In this document: positions 24,901 to 50,975 of the stretch, in pieces
Position numbering within the stretch: position 1 is the first letter of the stretch
Layout of the letters: every line of letters starts with the position of its first letter
Source of the DNA: Daphnia carinata
Lineage: Eukaryota
Length of the DNA: 64,000 nt
Assembly (NCBI RefSeq): GCF_022539665.2
Contig: NC_081331.1
Location: 3,348,001-3,412,000, forward strand
Direction: 5' to 3'
Notes under the pieces: model-generated
What the model was told of the DNA's origin: nothing
Database searches by the model: none
The model's input: only the letters and a program-made list of their open reading frames with translations
Made by a program: the position numbers and the translations under genes

Positions 24901-27900
24901 CCAAACATGTTTTTCGTGTGTTTTTTTGTCTTGTCACTAGGGCTCTTCCGGCACATTTGGGAGCTCGTTCCAAAATCCCCCTAAAAAACAAAAAACCCGT
25001 TGTGTGATGCAGAGCAAAGTGGTGACCTCTTGACTATAATTTTTTTTTGTTTCCCTTTTTGGGATAGATGAAGGAAAAAATGGACCATCTGAGAAAAGTT
25101 GTCGCGCGTGTCACGGGAGGTGCTGGAAACTCGTGGTTCCAGGAGAGAAGACGACAATCTAATTTTCAACTGTTCACCGCCTTTTCCCTTCCTTTGTCTT
25201 CACGATTGTTTCATCACATTGTGTTTTTTGTTTTCCTGAAACCGTGATGATTTTCTTTTATTCTTAGGAAACATATTTATAATCATGTGTGTGTGGGGGG
25301 GGGTTAAAATGCAATCGGCGAGTCACGACGGCGGAACGCGCGAAATAGCTAAAGATGCAAGAACAAAAACGCCATGTTTTATTTCCCGATGCCGAAGGAT
25401 AAAACCAACAGCACACGTTTGCGTGTGACCTCCAGCAAGATGGGAGAAGAAGAAAAGAGGGACTAACGCGAGTCGATCCAACCTACTCTGGCATCTCCCA
25501 AACCACCTGTTCAGAACCCAAGATTGAGAGACCATGCATTATGTAGATCATCAAGAAGATGAAAACCTTTTTTCTACGTCGCTGCGAGGCACGAGAATAA
25601 AAAGTCTCATCTTGTTGTATGTCGAGAATGTGTTGATTTTCAACCAAAACAAAAGAGATTCAATTGGCAGGAGAATGAGAAATGGGTCGAGCTTTATTGA
25701 GAGCAATCTGCGCGTACGTTACACGCACTCGCCGTGTAACACGAGAAAGACGGGGGCGCGCTATTTAAAATAGCTTTCTGGGCTAAGCGACTTGGTTTCT
25801 CATTTTTCGCCTTTCCCCCCTCAAAATGTTGAGAAAGTCGAGAGAGAAAAGGATCGCACAAGATGTGGGGGAGGAGATAAGAAACAATTCGGGACGAAAA
25901 GTCGGTGCACTCGTGACTACCGGCTTAATCAATGAGGCGAATAACACAGAAACGCACAAACCAAACACAAACAAAAGCAATGTGGGAAAGGTAAAGAACA
26001 AACAAAACAATTGTTGCATTCTCAAAAAAAAATCTTGTGCAAAATAAGTAAACCAGGCAAATTCCATTTGAGGTTCAATTCAGATTTATTTACCCGACTG
26101 CCGGATTGCAAATAATAATTGGCGAATCGGAAGCGCGATTCGCTATTGGCGGCGGGAATTTCGGCGCTGTTATTGGTATCCATTCCGAGATGATTGAATC
26201 AACAACAACCAAAAGCGAGCTCCGCCAGAATCACAACACAACCTTTAAAACGATTTTAAAGAAAAATGTTTGTCCGTTTTTCTAACAGAATAAATCACGA
26301 CGGCACGGAAGCCGCTGTCAACATTAAAGACTTTGAGGGTTCACAACAGCCGACACGATGGTTGAAAAAAAAAAAAAAAAAAACGTTTCCTTGTCTCCCT
26401 GTCTTCTCACAGGAAGACGATCAACAACTCGGGAGATGGCACTTGTTTTTAGTGCGAGCTACTGGATAGTGACTGCAAAGACGACGAAAGAGAGTCTCGT
26501 AGTGTTTGGTAAAGACAGTAGTAGCCTAGTAGTCGACAGAGTACCTTCTTCATTCCTTAACCTCCCTCCTCTTTTCACGATTTGTTCACAGACCCTAGCT
26601 CCGCCTACTGGCCGTCTTCTCACTCTGAAATGGAGATACTAGCTCTTTGTTGTTGTTTTTTAAACGAAGACATCGGTAAAAGAACGCAAGCTAAAATTAG
26701 ACAAAAGATAAAACGATCTTTGTGTCAAATGTCACGACCGAGCGCAACCAAAGACGCAAGGACATTCGATCACTTCCTCTTTCACGCATGTTTTTCTAGC
26801 GTGCGATCTGTTCGTATTATACCTGTAACGGTACCGCACTGTACGACAGGTTCCACTTGACAAGCAACAACAAATCTTCAATTACAAAATAGCTCGCATT
26901 TCTACCTGAAGAAATAGGGAGAAAAAACTCTCATAATACGAATGGTTTTCTTAAAAAGGGATATTTAAATGCGGTACATTTAAATAGTTCCTCGCAGGAT
27001 GGATGAGGAAGAGAGGTATGGAAAGGTGAAATCCAGTTGCTCGGCAACTCAATCGTATTCTAACCAAATGCGCAGGTAAAATTCTTGGTTTCATGTTTTT
27101 TGGTGTTGCTGCTGTTTTATTTATTGCCAGTTTCATTATACGAAGAATGGAAATAACAAAAGAAAGAAAAATCGTGTTATTCCTGCATGTCATTATCCAT
27201 TATTCAGATTGTATCTCAAGATTGCTGATTCGAAACTTTAAACAAAAAAAACCGGATTACTTTCGCACGAAAAAAAGTCACACGACCAACACAATTTTCT
27301 TTATCCCACTAAAGTTTACGCTTCACCTCATTCCTGTCGCTGTTCATTTGAAATTCCGAGACTTTGCTTCAAAACTTTTAATCAAGTTCGCGAGCTCCGT
27401 AAAAGATCAACATACGACACGCAAAAAAAAAAAAAAAAAGAACTTGAATTTAAAATTCCAAAACAGCACATATTATTATTTTTTAAATACGCAAACATTT
27501 AAGAATCGCATTCTGTTACGTTTCTAGTTTGTTTTTATGCACTCACAATAGCTAGCGTGCCCTTCCGCATTAGAGACCCACCGGGAGCGTGCGAATCAGG
27601 TAGGCGCGCGTTCGCTTAAATGCGGTCGGGATACAAAAGTTTTGCCTTTTATTTCATCTAAATAATTTAAGAAACCGATATCATTTTTGAATGATATTGA
27701 CAAACGTTCTCCATTTTCGTGTCAACTTAAGAGAATGGTGGGAGAACAAAAATGAAAAATTAATGCAGACCTTGAGATTGGACACGGGAGCAACCATGTC
27801 TCTTTTATCTTTTTTTTTTTCGGTACTTTGTTTTCGACCTTTCCAATGACTCCCGAGAAAGAGAACCCGAACCCACCCAAATAGTTGGAGTTCTCTTGCT

Positions 27901-30900
27901 GGCAGCCCATTAAAATAAAGATTCAGGAACAGGTAAGAGGAAGGCTTCCAAAAACAGAAAATCAGAGAAGGACTATAAGGAGCAACACAGAACAAAAACT
28001 ACAGAAGGAAATTTTAGCTCATTAATTATGGGCGTAGCTATTAAAAGATGTTTTTTAAAAGGCTAAAATAAACGTTATAGACACTGCAGTCTATGAAACT
28101 CAAATAAACAAAAGAAATAAAAAATGGGAAAGATGTTCCAGTCGAAGGTCCTTTTTTTTTGTTGTGAAAGAGAGAGTCAGTTATGAAGCCAACTTCTTCC
28201 CGCTCCTCTCTATACTGTCGGATGATGAATCCTCTTCTATGAACTGTTGCAAAGTGGCCTTGCTTACGGAGAATTACAAGGCCGCACCTCGTCCACTTTC
28301 AGATCTCCCATCCTTTTCTATTTTACGAATTTTTTTTCCCCCAGTCATGATGAAATTCGGAAATTGTGTGTCAAACTACTGTACTTTTTGTTTTGTGCAT
28401 GCACAGCCAAATCAGAGAAATGAAGAGATGCCAAGTAGATAATACCGTTTTACCTTTTGTTTCAACTCTCGAAAACCTGAGTAAATGACCGCTAGGGTTC
28501 ATTATTCCAAAATCAGGTTTACGTAAGCTACGAGTTAGAGAATAGTTATTTGATTCGTAATAATTCGGGGTCCATCGGTTCGAGCCATCACATCATGACC
28601 AAAAAGACGTGATGCAATGTCACAACACAGGCTCTCATTTATACATGCAACCTTGTCCCGAGAAGAGCCAAAAGAAGTGAAAAACCTTGGCACGGAGATG
28701 TTATAACTATCGGATACAAATCGATTCATTCCGCGTGCGCAACTCGTGTACCTGTGCCCTATTACGGGGGGACTGACAATAATCGATAAAAACAAAACAA
28801 AATATGCATTTCTTTTTTTGCTAGGGCGGGGTGGCTCTAGCTGCACTTCGTGCTAGTACCGCGTGATTACAGTAAATCACGCTCCGAGCCAGTAGAGTAG
28901 CAAACAGCAGTTCTGCAACCTAACCATTTCTGAATTTGTAAATAAGACTATTCCTATAGCAAAGAATCTCTTTTCGCTTCAAGTCCATAAAAAAAGATCA
29001 AAAGACTCCCAAAAAAAGAGAGAATCATTGCCCTGTGGATTCTGTGCAGGGTGTTGAAGGCCGGCCGCAGCTGTTGTGATTACACATTAAGCAGTCGCAA
29101 TATAGCAACTCAACAGTCGGTAGGTTGCTGGCCCGCCAACCGTGTCAGGTATACACAGCCGACACACATCCACAGAGATAGAAAAAAAAACACGGCCCTT
29201 GTTGTGTGTGCTTCAAGGTGAAACGCCTTAAGCAGGCAGAACACCACAAAGATGAGTACAAGATGAGAGGAAAAACGCCTCACAACATGGACGGGCCCGG
29301 ATGATTTCTCGTCCTCAATCGGGACGGAAGGTTGGCACGCAAATGAACTTCGCAAATCATCGCTGAGTATTAAGGCATTTTACATTTTAAATGACAAGAT
29401 CGTTTACCTCTTGGACCGTGTCAATCCATCGGAAATCCATTTTTGATTGACGATTGGTTGAGAATGAAAAAGGGAAAATTCCACACGGGAGAAAAAAACA
29501 AATAAAAAGAAAACAGGTCCCCTTTTTAACGACACGTACACGCGGACATGATCCTGTGTCGTTGACAGCTTGGGACCAACTGAACGTGAAGCCCCGGATT
29601 TACAATTTTTCTTCCTCTCCCGCAGTTCGGTCTTCTTCCCTTTCCCCCGCTCGTAAGGTCTATCGTAATAAGTCGCTTATTTTTTTTCCTTTCCCACCTG
29701 AACTACTTGAGAGTTTGCCGGTGGCAACAACCACTAGCATGGCTTCTTCCCCGTATTACAAAAAAATATATAATAATAATAATAGAAGAATTTTAAAAAA
29801 TAAAAAAAAGGACAACGAACGTGCTGTTTTTTCCCTCCATTCTCTTTCGTTCGCTTATTTTTCTTTTTTATCTTATTCTTGCGTGTAATTTTCTATCGCC
29901 CTATGGCGACAAAAAAAAACAGTTTGGGTCATCAGCGACGTATTATTATTTTTTTTTTTTTTGCCACAATATTCTAGAATACCTGCCTGCGCGTGCTTCA
30001 CCTGATGCAAACGATTCAATCGATGGCTTAAAAAATGCTTCCCCCCATCGCCACACCCACGGATTATGTCTCATCGGTTGTGTGCTCCCGTTTGTACACG
30101 TAAAAAAGAAGGGAGAGGCCAGCAAGGTAATCGAATGGAAGGTGATAGTCGTGACGATCGTGATTAAGCCAAAAGAAAACCAGTGGACGAACAACGATAT
30201 TAGCTAAACCAAAGAGAAAACGGGTCGGAAATGCGGCATCGTCCGCTACTAACCGAAAGATAAAAAAAAATAAAAACCAACGGTGAATTGGCAATTCCTA
30301 CAACCGTCCGAAACGACTATTCAAGAGGTGGTAACAACGGAAGCAAGAGGCCCCCAAAAAACAAGAAAACAAAAAATGTGTATGTGAGGTGGAGGGAAAC
30401 ATCACGACCTCGCATGTGTGATTGCACGACTCGCCAAATGACAGGTGAAGAGGTACAAGTAACGTTATCTCACCAAAAGGCGCTAGAAAATGCTTTTGCG
30501 CATGTCGTGAATTTTTAAAGACTTTCAAGAGAGACAAAACCACGCGACCTGCTACGAAAATTACCTCGTGATTTTCGATCGTTTAAAAGTCGACCCATGC
30601 GAGACTAAAAAATAAAACCTTGGCATCTCTTAAATAACAACAACAAAAATTCTACGTTTATTCGGGAAAAATTTTTTCCTAATTTCTTCCGGCCGGCTGT
30701 GGCGGTTGCACGCACGCGCTGTTCCGGCAAAAAAAAAGAGAGGGAAATAAAAAATGAATTCTCTCACGCCGGGCAATGGCTTTGACTTTCATCGTGAGTG
30801 TGTGTAGGGGTGATTCGGTAAACCCGCTAACCGTTAGTTGGAGGGAGCCAAAGAAATGCCACTACTCATTACAAATATACCGGACGCTCGCTGTCCACTC

Positions 30901-32918
30901 TACAACGTCGTTAATGAGAATTTCCGCGAGTAGCGAAATGATTCTCACCAAAGAAATAAAAAGTCAATGACTATTAAAATGGAAATTCGTGGTTTTAACG
31001 TGGAAAATAGATTCGTCTTCACTTTTCTCCTCCTGTCAATGTTATAACGCAATCGAACATGCTCGAGCGAATGAAAATGAGTCATTTTGCTAAAGACGAT
31101 GTGTGAATTCTTTATAAGCTCATCTCTCGCGAATCTGACGTCATATTGCGTTGGTGCAACGCTTTCTGCCCACAGTTCTTTTTTTTCGGAGGGCGCTCAT
31201 CACGTGTTTTTAATTTAAAGCGAAAAGAAGGATTTACTTTACAATTGCGACCAACCTCCTTTTCGGTAAGACCATCAAGCCATTTGAAGAGAGGAGGAGG
31301 ATAACAAAATTAAGCTTTAAAAGAAATGTGAGCCGGATCTGCGATTGTATCATCTCCTTCGTGCTTCTCTATTTTCATATGGTGATTTCATTTTTCTTTT
31401 TTAGCTTTCGGATTAATTCTGTGCGGCTCTTAAGGGACCGTATGAAAGAAGAAAAAAAAAAGCAGGGCGTCGCTCGAGTCATAAACATTCGGCGGCAGTC
31501 CAACAACAAACCACCCAATGCGTCAAGGCAATTCGTCCCTATGCTAATCCCCTCGACCTTTTACCCAAAAATTTTATTTCATTTGCGAAAAAAAAACATT
31601 TCTTTTATTCATTTACTAAACATTTTACGAGCTACTCGGAGTAAAAAATTTTACAAATAAAATCTTCCAAAATAAGTTTGGGCCTTTCCCTCCTATGTCG
31701 ACACGTGTCTCTTTAAAACTTGGCAGTTTATGTTCCCATTTTTAAAGAAAAAGTGAAGTTTTGAATGGCCAGCCATGTCGTCAACGGGTTATTTTTGTTA
31801 ATCAATGGCTCCACGATGGCGCCCTGATGTTATCCGATACGTTTTAACGCATCTTGTAGTAGTGGCATAATCCTAACGGAAGGTCCTGGCGTCCCTGGCT
31901 TAAAAATTCGGTACAAGGTGGCCACGGTATTGATCGGATTGCGCTGACTCAGAAGAAGCGGGAGAAAGGGGGAGGGAACTTGTGCAACGCAGCAGTTAAA
32001 AGCAAAGCATTTTTTGAAATAGGATAAGGATAAAAACGAAAAAAGAAACGTAACAGAAACACTTCTCGTTGTCTTCTCATTTTGTTGACAGTTGAGATCG
32101 AGTTCGTCACCTCTAGAAAAACCGATTGCTCAAAAAGATTTGTCAGATGTTTATCACTTGAAGTCGGAAATGTGTCATCGGTAGAAGGAAAAAATAAGGG
32201 AACTTTGGGAAGTCAGACCAGTTGGTCCGGAACGACGGTCGTCGAATGGAATTAGACAAAACATGCACGAGATGTTTTTCAGGAAAAAAAACAGATGGCC
32301 TATCCCCCCCCCCTTGAAAACTCCCCTAAAATTGTCCTAGGCGACGAAAGACCAATTCCCTTAAAAATTCTTCTAGAAATGCCCAAGAAAACAATCAAAA
32401 TGCCATAAAAATAAATAGAAACGTTCAATTGTTCGTTGGAAATAAGCTAGAGATGTTTACTTCCTATGGTCACAAAAGAAAAAACTGACGTCTATCGTGA
32501 CAATCGAGAACTAAACAAAACAAAATTTGAAAATCTCTAGAATGACGAACACAAACAAACATGTGTCATTAACGTCGGATAGACACACAGACACGTTTCA
32601 TTTTCCAGGGTTTAGTTTTTTTTCCTGGTACTTTTGTGTGTCGGGTACTGTATATTCACCGTCGGATGAACATCGTTACAGCACACTCAAAAACACAACA
32701 GCTGCTCCCTCACTGGGTGACGGCGTTTGCATGCCGTTGAACTAATGCGGCGATTTGAAATCGTTGACTAGCCATGCCTTGCCCACCGTGAACAGAAAAA
32801 TCGTCGATCCGATCAACGTCCCTTCGCGCCATATTTTCTTTACTATGCCTATACGATGGCGCTCTTTTGAGCTACGGTCGACTTCACAGTTTCAACTTTT
32901 ATCAGAGTAAAATCTTAC

Positions 32919-33330
32919 CTGTTATTGTAAGGCAGCTTGTTAACAAGGATCACTGAATCATTAGACACACGCACCAACAAAAGATTCACGTCAAATGATT
33001 AACTCGTTTATGTGAAGTCGATCATGTCGACCACTGTTGCTGAAAGCCACGTGCTTGAAAGATGACTGCCAATAATCCAAGAGGGTCTCAAAACTGTTCT
33101 GTACTATTTCATTCGGTTCAACATGAAACACGGTTAAACTACAGGGAAATCCAACGACACAGAAAAAAAAAAAAAACAGTTAATTGTTACGAGAATTAGT
33201 TGTGGAACGAGCCTGTGCAGCCTCTCGGAGAGAAGCCTGTGAAAACACTGGACAACTTTTTGTGCTCTCTCTAGCCACAACACACAACGGGCGCTCCGCC
33301 CGAGCGCGCCAACACGAGAGAGAGAGAGAG
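32919..33330 (-). other. Probable non-coding first exon and promoter of DAAM, upstream of a ~10.7-kb intron
   Basis: Strong donor CAG|GTAAG at 32919/32918; the DAAM ATG exon begins at an acceptor at 22174-22175. A GC-rich stretch with a GA repeat lies at ~33290-33330. The 5' boundary is approximate. Confidence 0.45.
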
Positions 33331-35912
33331 AGCAAAGTCTGGCACAGAATTCTGCAGAGCAGAAATGTTGTAAAACGCCCCCCACCTTCTCTCCTTTTCT
33401 CTCGACACATGGATTGGGGGGGGGGGTTGAAAAAGGGAAGAAGAATAATCAAATAACCCTAGGGTGAATATATGGAGGAGGGTGGAAAATCCCCGAACGA
33501 GAGGAAGGGAGAGCAAAACGAAACCATGATGGCCGCTATTGTGTGCGTCGAGGGTAACATACTTGTGCGACCCTCTTCAAGAGATGCTAGAAACAAAATG
33601 TTGTGCTGCGCAGACGCGACAGACAAACTTTCATATCGTTCAGGGAGATGAGGGTGGCGATATCGAACTAATATTGAACGTTGGGGTTCTCTTTTTAGTG
33701 GGTCCCATTTTAGCTGATAAGACCCCCAATAGATCGACCGCCGCCACGGCACAGTTGCAGACCAGAACCCTTTAAAAGAAAGGACTGTCAAAAATATTTT
33801 CAAAGACGCTCGATCAAAGCCCTTTCTATTGCTTAACGTTAAAAAGGGAAAAGGTAAAACATCGGTCCTCTGGGCCCAATGTTATTTCGAGGAAAAGAAA
33901 AATCCGCCCCAATGGTTTCACCACATGTCATCGACAAAAAATTTCCAACTACTAAGAATGAAAATGTTTGAATGACCTTGTCTAATCATGATAACGTTCC
34001 ACTGACGATGAATCAGAAGTAATAAAATGTCTTTGATATGTGGTCCTTGTCTTGGACTCTAAAACAATAAATTTTCCATCCAGTGTTGTAACATTTATTT
34101 TGAAATATTTTTCGATTTTAGAGCAGCATCAAGCATTTAGTACTATTGTGGTTTGCCGACAGCTGTCGATCTCAGAATGAACGTCGAAAGATCTTGATAT
34201 CAAAACATGCTATTGCTACTTTTGTGCTTCCCATCCGGTTTAAAAAACAACTCAGTGCCCAGGCGAGATATCGATCAACATCCAGTTAGTGCCATCAGCT
34301 CTTAGTCACCGGATATCACATTTAAAGCTCGTTTTTTTTTAGCCAAACGTTTGGCACACCTAACCCTATTTCCTTCTTCTCACGATCAAGATGCGGAGGA
34401 TGGAGTATTCAGCGATCCAGTTTCGCTTAGCAACAGATGTGAGCTGTAAATGAGCCATGGCTCGAGCCACCACAAAATCGATAGAGAAAACAGAAAACCC
34501 TACGGGTGTGTAATCATAACGTCGTCATCATCCTGCGGCTTCTCATTTGGTTTCAAGGAAAATGAAAATAAAATTAATTTGCTTCTTTTTACCGCTAGAG
34601 TGAATAACATGTGAATAGCAGCTGTAGGCTAATCTGTTTAATGTTCGATGATGAAATTTTTGTGTGCCATGCTCCGTCCCATGTGTGAATTACTTTCCGA
34701 CGTTTTATTTTGGTTGGACCGACATTGAACGAGTCAAAAAGACCTTATGTGTACAACGATGAAGACGTCACTAAACTGGCAACAGCTCCTATAAATACAT
34801 CAAAGATATGCACTCTTCATCGTTAGAGAGCCGCAGAGAATCAGCCTTTAACTATTTATAAACTAGAATATAAGAACATTCTAGTTCCTCTTTCCCTCCT
34901 GGTCTTGCATTAATGTGGAAAAATTCCTCCTCAGAAAGAAAACAACAAACCAGAATGAACACAATATCGAGTCATTGATCTTAATTTAGCTCCAGGCCAC
35001 AGAAAAACAAAAGGAGAAAATAATATTCAAATGTGTACATGTTTCTCCTCTTCATTGTTGACGTGGTTGTTTTTGTTTGTTGTTGTATTGGCGTCCAGGA
35101 AAATACAAGACACAAAACGAACGATGATGATGGTGGGCCTCGTCTCTTGTTTTTCGTTACCATTATTAGACATCAAGGGTAATGGATTGCGCGATTGGCG
35201 TAATGTGTTGAATCGCGAAAGAAGAGGCTACACGAGTAACGAAGAGAAAGCCATCGAGACGGTCTCACGCACGGAGAAACAAACAAGACAAGTGCGAAAG
35301 GGGGAAAATGATGATGATGACGGACAGAAACGAGGGGATAAATGTGGGCAGACGAAAATTACATCTTGGGCTATTAAACGTCAAAAGTTTTTTTTTCTTT
35401 TTTCGTTATTTAAAAAAAAAAAGATACAGAGAAAGAAATGAAAGGTATTTGCAAAATTCGACACGACAAAGAGGCACTACATTTGGACGGAATAATCCGG
35501 AAAGAAGGGAAAGGAGAATTAAGGCTGATATGATACTGATAACACAAAGATTAATTATAAACGATACGTCAACCTATTCTCGTCATTTTTCTTTTCTTTT
35601 TTTTTTGGTCAACTCAAAAGAAACAAAAAAAGGATGTCAAATTATATGGCGATTTTTTCTTTGTTAATTTTGTCTGTTGTTCGAAATTAATCGCTTCCAA
35701 CTTGTTCAATGAGCTGGAAGAGCTGCCATCCGTCATCTTTTGCTTTAATGTACAGAAAAAAAAATACTTTGGGGTTTTCATTGCATCGATTTTCACGAAA
35801 GCAATAAAATACATAGGGTCTGACGGGTTTTCCATTGTCAACCACGCCCTTTAAAAAAAAAATGAAAACCAAAATTGTTGGGGTCGGCCCTATGACGATA
35901 GGAGCTGTCCAA

Positions 35913-39140
<3,228 letters not shown>

Positions 39141-41164
39141 TGTAGAAAAAGCGGATTATGATGAGCTGCACTAGAAAACTGCCAAAATAAAAAAGAAAAC
39201 AAAATGAATCACTTTGCTTTTCGTATGGAGGAAGATCACTTTTTCGTGTATGGGCATTAATGCACAAAACTTTTTACTGGTAGCGTTTGTACGAACTAAA
39301 CGACGGCACGTTTTATGTAGCAATGAGGGTCTTGTTTCCTCCTTCAATGTTTGTTGCTGCTACGACAACAAGCACGAAAACAAGGTAGAGGGAGCCAATG
39401 CGCAGAGAGAGAGAGAGAACGACGAACCGTGTTGAGCGACGGCAACAGCCGAATGACGTGAGGCGCATTCCCTCCCACAGGCGTCTGGTTTATGTTTCGT
39501 GCCGGAATGCGGCCGTAAAAAAAAAGGCAAAAGGAAGACGACGCGCACACACACACACATACACACACACTACCAACCCAGTTTTAGGGTTGCTAGTTAA
39601 CCTAAAATAACTCTATTATGCTCCTATCAAAACCTACTCTTTTATAATGTGGTACAGATTTTGATCCAAATGCAACAAAAGTCTACAAATTTTCATTTTG
39701 TAATACTATGATCAATTATAGGAATAAGTTTAAATTCTAAATGGAAATCAGATTGTGGAATTAAACTGTTGGCTGTAACGAAATGGGTCAACAATGACAC
39801 ATTTGACATTAGGGAGTACTTCCGTTTGCTTTCAATACTGATATTTCAGTACATCATGTAGTTAACTTGGACGAATGAAGCACATCAGGTCACAAAGGTA
39901 ATGACATTAGGAATACTTGCACCTAACAAGATTGTAGAGGGATTCAGTCCTGAGCTCCGAAATGGGGGAGTATTTGGGAAGCCACACAATGTTGATTTGC
40001 TGCTATTCCCTTGTAAGATCACTATGGTAACATCCATGTAATGACAAAACACGCACTGTCCACGTATCACGTTGAAGTTTTTTTAACGATCAAGTGATGG
40101 TGAGAATCAATGAAGTTCACATGGGAAAACAAAAGGCGTAGCATACAAAACGTCATTCGGCCGTTGAAAACACCAAGCCACCCCCTTTCACCTGTTAACC
40201 GTTTAAATAGCACAACGAAAATACATTGAAAAACTCACCTAAGGAATGAAAACACGAAACTGGAATACAAAAGCACCACCGAGTGAGCACTTAGAACTGA
40301 AACATCGAAGAAACAAAAGGAAATAAAAGAAAAAAAAGGCTCCGGAAGATTGTTTATAGATCTTATATGGCCGCCATCTTATTTTGCTGTAAGGTGTTTC
40401 CCCCTTCCCCTCCCCACAAACAGGTGAAGGCTAACTAGTACCATTGTTTTCGCCTACCATCAAACGATTTAGTAAATCATACGAAAACTTCTACAACTAA
40501 GAATATATAATTTTTAACGGAAATTTTTTCTTTTAGAAGGGTTAATTATTTATCGTTATTTTTTTGTTTTATTTTCATAAATTCATTTTTGCCAAAAAAA
40601 AATATTCGTTTTGGGTCGTTGTTAAACAGAAATCAGGCATCGGTATTTTCTTATTGCATTGTATTTTGGATAAATGAATTCACAACTATGAATATATGAG
40701 ATTCTAGCAAAGACAGTGGGTGAAACAAAAATTATGGGTGACAAATGAGCTTTGAAATTCAAGGAATGAACGACTTAAAAAGAAAAAAATGTAGGATTGA
40801 TCGACAAATTAGCTCGTAGCGGATAACGCCATCTAACGAGTAAAAGAATAATAGCAGTCCCATAATAAGGCATAGTTTGTTGGCACACCCAAAATAGATT
40901 TGGCTAAATAAAAATAAAAGATAAAAATACAAATTAGGGATAAGAATACAAGGAAAGGTACCAACAATTGTAAAATAGGAAAAAGTAACATCTACGTATT
41001 TTTATTTTAATGGACATCATCCTTTCGAAAAGTAAAAAAGAATGTACTCAAATGATAAGTATGGCGACGATGGGGGCATGGAAGCGCATGTTCAAGCAAC
41101 AGCAGGTTCACATTATGTATGGAATGTGATGACGGAGAATTTAATGAGTTGAACGCCACAGGTC

Positions 41165-49278
<8,114 letters not shown>

Positions 49279-50975
49279 TTTTGCACTTTATACTTATCCG
49301 CATAAAAAAAAAAAAAATGTCTAAAATAAAAAAAAAAAATTGAGTTTGAAATGACGGACGCTCCAATTGGAAAAATCAAGGGACTAAACTTGTAAACGAT
49401 TTCACAAAGGTCCTCATGGAAAAATTTCTATGAATATCGGAAAATTGGACACGTCTCTCCGGCTTGGAGATGGTGGCGGGCGGTACGCTACTGAGCTTGA
49501 ACAAGACCGAAACCCATCACATAACACCGTGCGAGAAAACGAGAGAGGAAGCTCTCTTCCACGTTGCCTGGTTGCTGCGTGCGCGTCGACGACAAAAAGT
49601 TCAACAAAAGGGAAGAACAGAAAAGGAAACGAAGTGTGGCGCACGGGCTTCGATCCAGCTGGAAAACACCAACAAAGAAAAAGGGAATGTATGTACGTAT
49701 GCGTGTGCCCGCGTGATGTAAAAAGGCAAAGGGCAGGAAAGTGTGTCAATGAGTTCGACTTTGGACGGCATAATCTATTGCGTGGCTTCCCTAATAAAGC
49801 CAATTTTGCCGTTTTCGGACGAAGTAACGCAAACGTTGGACACTCCAAACGCACAACAAATCAAGCTCCCCGAAATCAAACATTACGGAATCGATCCTTT
49901 TTGTAAGGAACACAGACTCTTCTCCGGATCAATAACATCAAACGAGATCGACACGCAGCCCGCCCGAGTCCCGAGAAGGATCGATGGTACTATAAAGGAA
50001 GATTGTTCTGTTCGCGTCGTCATTCGCAGCCAGAAATGGAGCAAGTGTCCACATTTTGGAGGTAAAAATGTACCGTCAAAGTGGCTCGGCTAATATCTGT
50101 CCAGTTTGCACGGATGGATACGAAAACGCGAGCCTCCAGCTACACTTTTCTCTTTTCGTTAAGTGGTTTACGAGAATTAGTACGCTTGTTACGTTGTTTA
50201 TCTTCACGTTTTCTGACACATGCCATTTGCACGATATCGATCAATAAACAAGGTTAACATTACTCTTGGGCTCTCAAAAGCCACCGGTCTATTCGTTTCA
50301 GGTTTTCGTGCAACTGCCATTGCTACGCACCCTCAATGTTCTAAATGGCATGCAAGTGTTTCGGTTTCATTTTTCAAAGGTCAGACGCCGGTTGCACGAT
50401 GCTCCGCTTTTTTTCCCGATGGAGCTACAATTTTATCAAGTTCTTTTAGCTTAATAAGGTCAAGCGATTATCGGAACGGGTATATCCGATATGCTTCTGT
50501 TTTCTTCAATCATGATTCTTCTCCACTTCCATGCTCATTATCAGAGATCTAACTACGTCTAAGATGGCCTTTTAGCGCCAGATGTGTAGGCTAACGCGTT
50601 CGAAACGATGACTTATAATATTATGTTTTAAAGATAAACCATCGTATGGTATTCGGAATCGATTTCTAATTGAATTAACGCAGGTAGCATAAACTGTTGA
50701 GAAGCATGCAATTCGAGTTTCAAACGAGTTTGGATAAAGGAAGAAAAAAAGAAACAGTGACCAGACTTTAATCTTGTTTGGCAGCCGTACAAAGTGAACA
50801 GGGAAGTAGCCTACTAGCTACTCTTGCACATGGAAATCCTCTATACGGGTTTCTTACGACACGGGACGACATACCATTTCCCTTAACCCTCAAAATTTAT
50901 TTCTTCCCGATTATTTGGCCTCAAAAGAAAGTTTCAGAATGTTAGAAAATTGATCTTTTCAAGTTATTCAATTTC

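Noticed and set aside
22200..35800. Dozens of 60-150 aa ORFs rich in K, F or N
   Set aside because: They arise from A/T homopolymer runs in intronic, UTR or intergenic DNA and show no splice-consistent gene structure.
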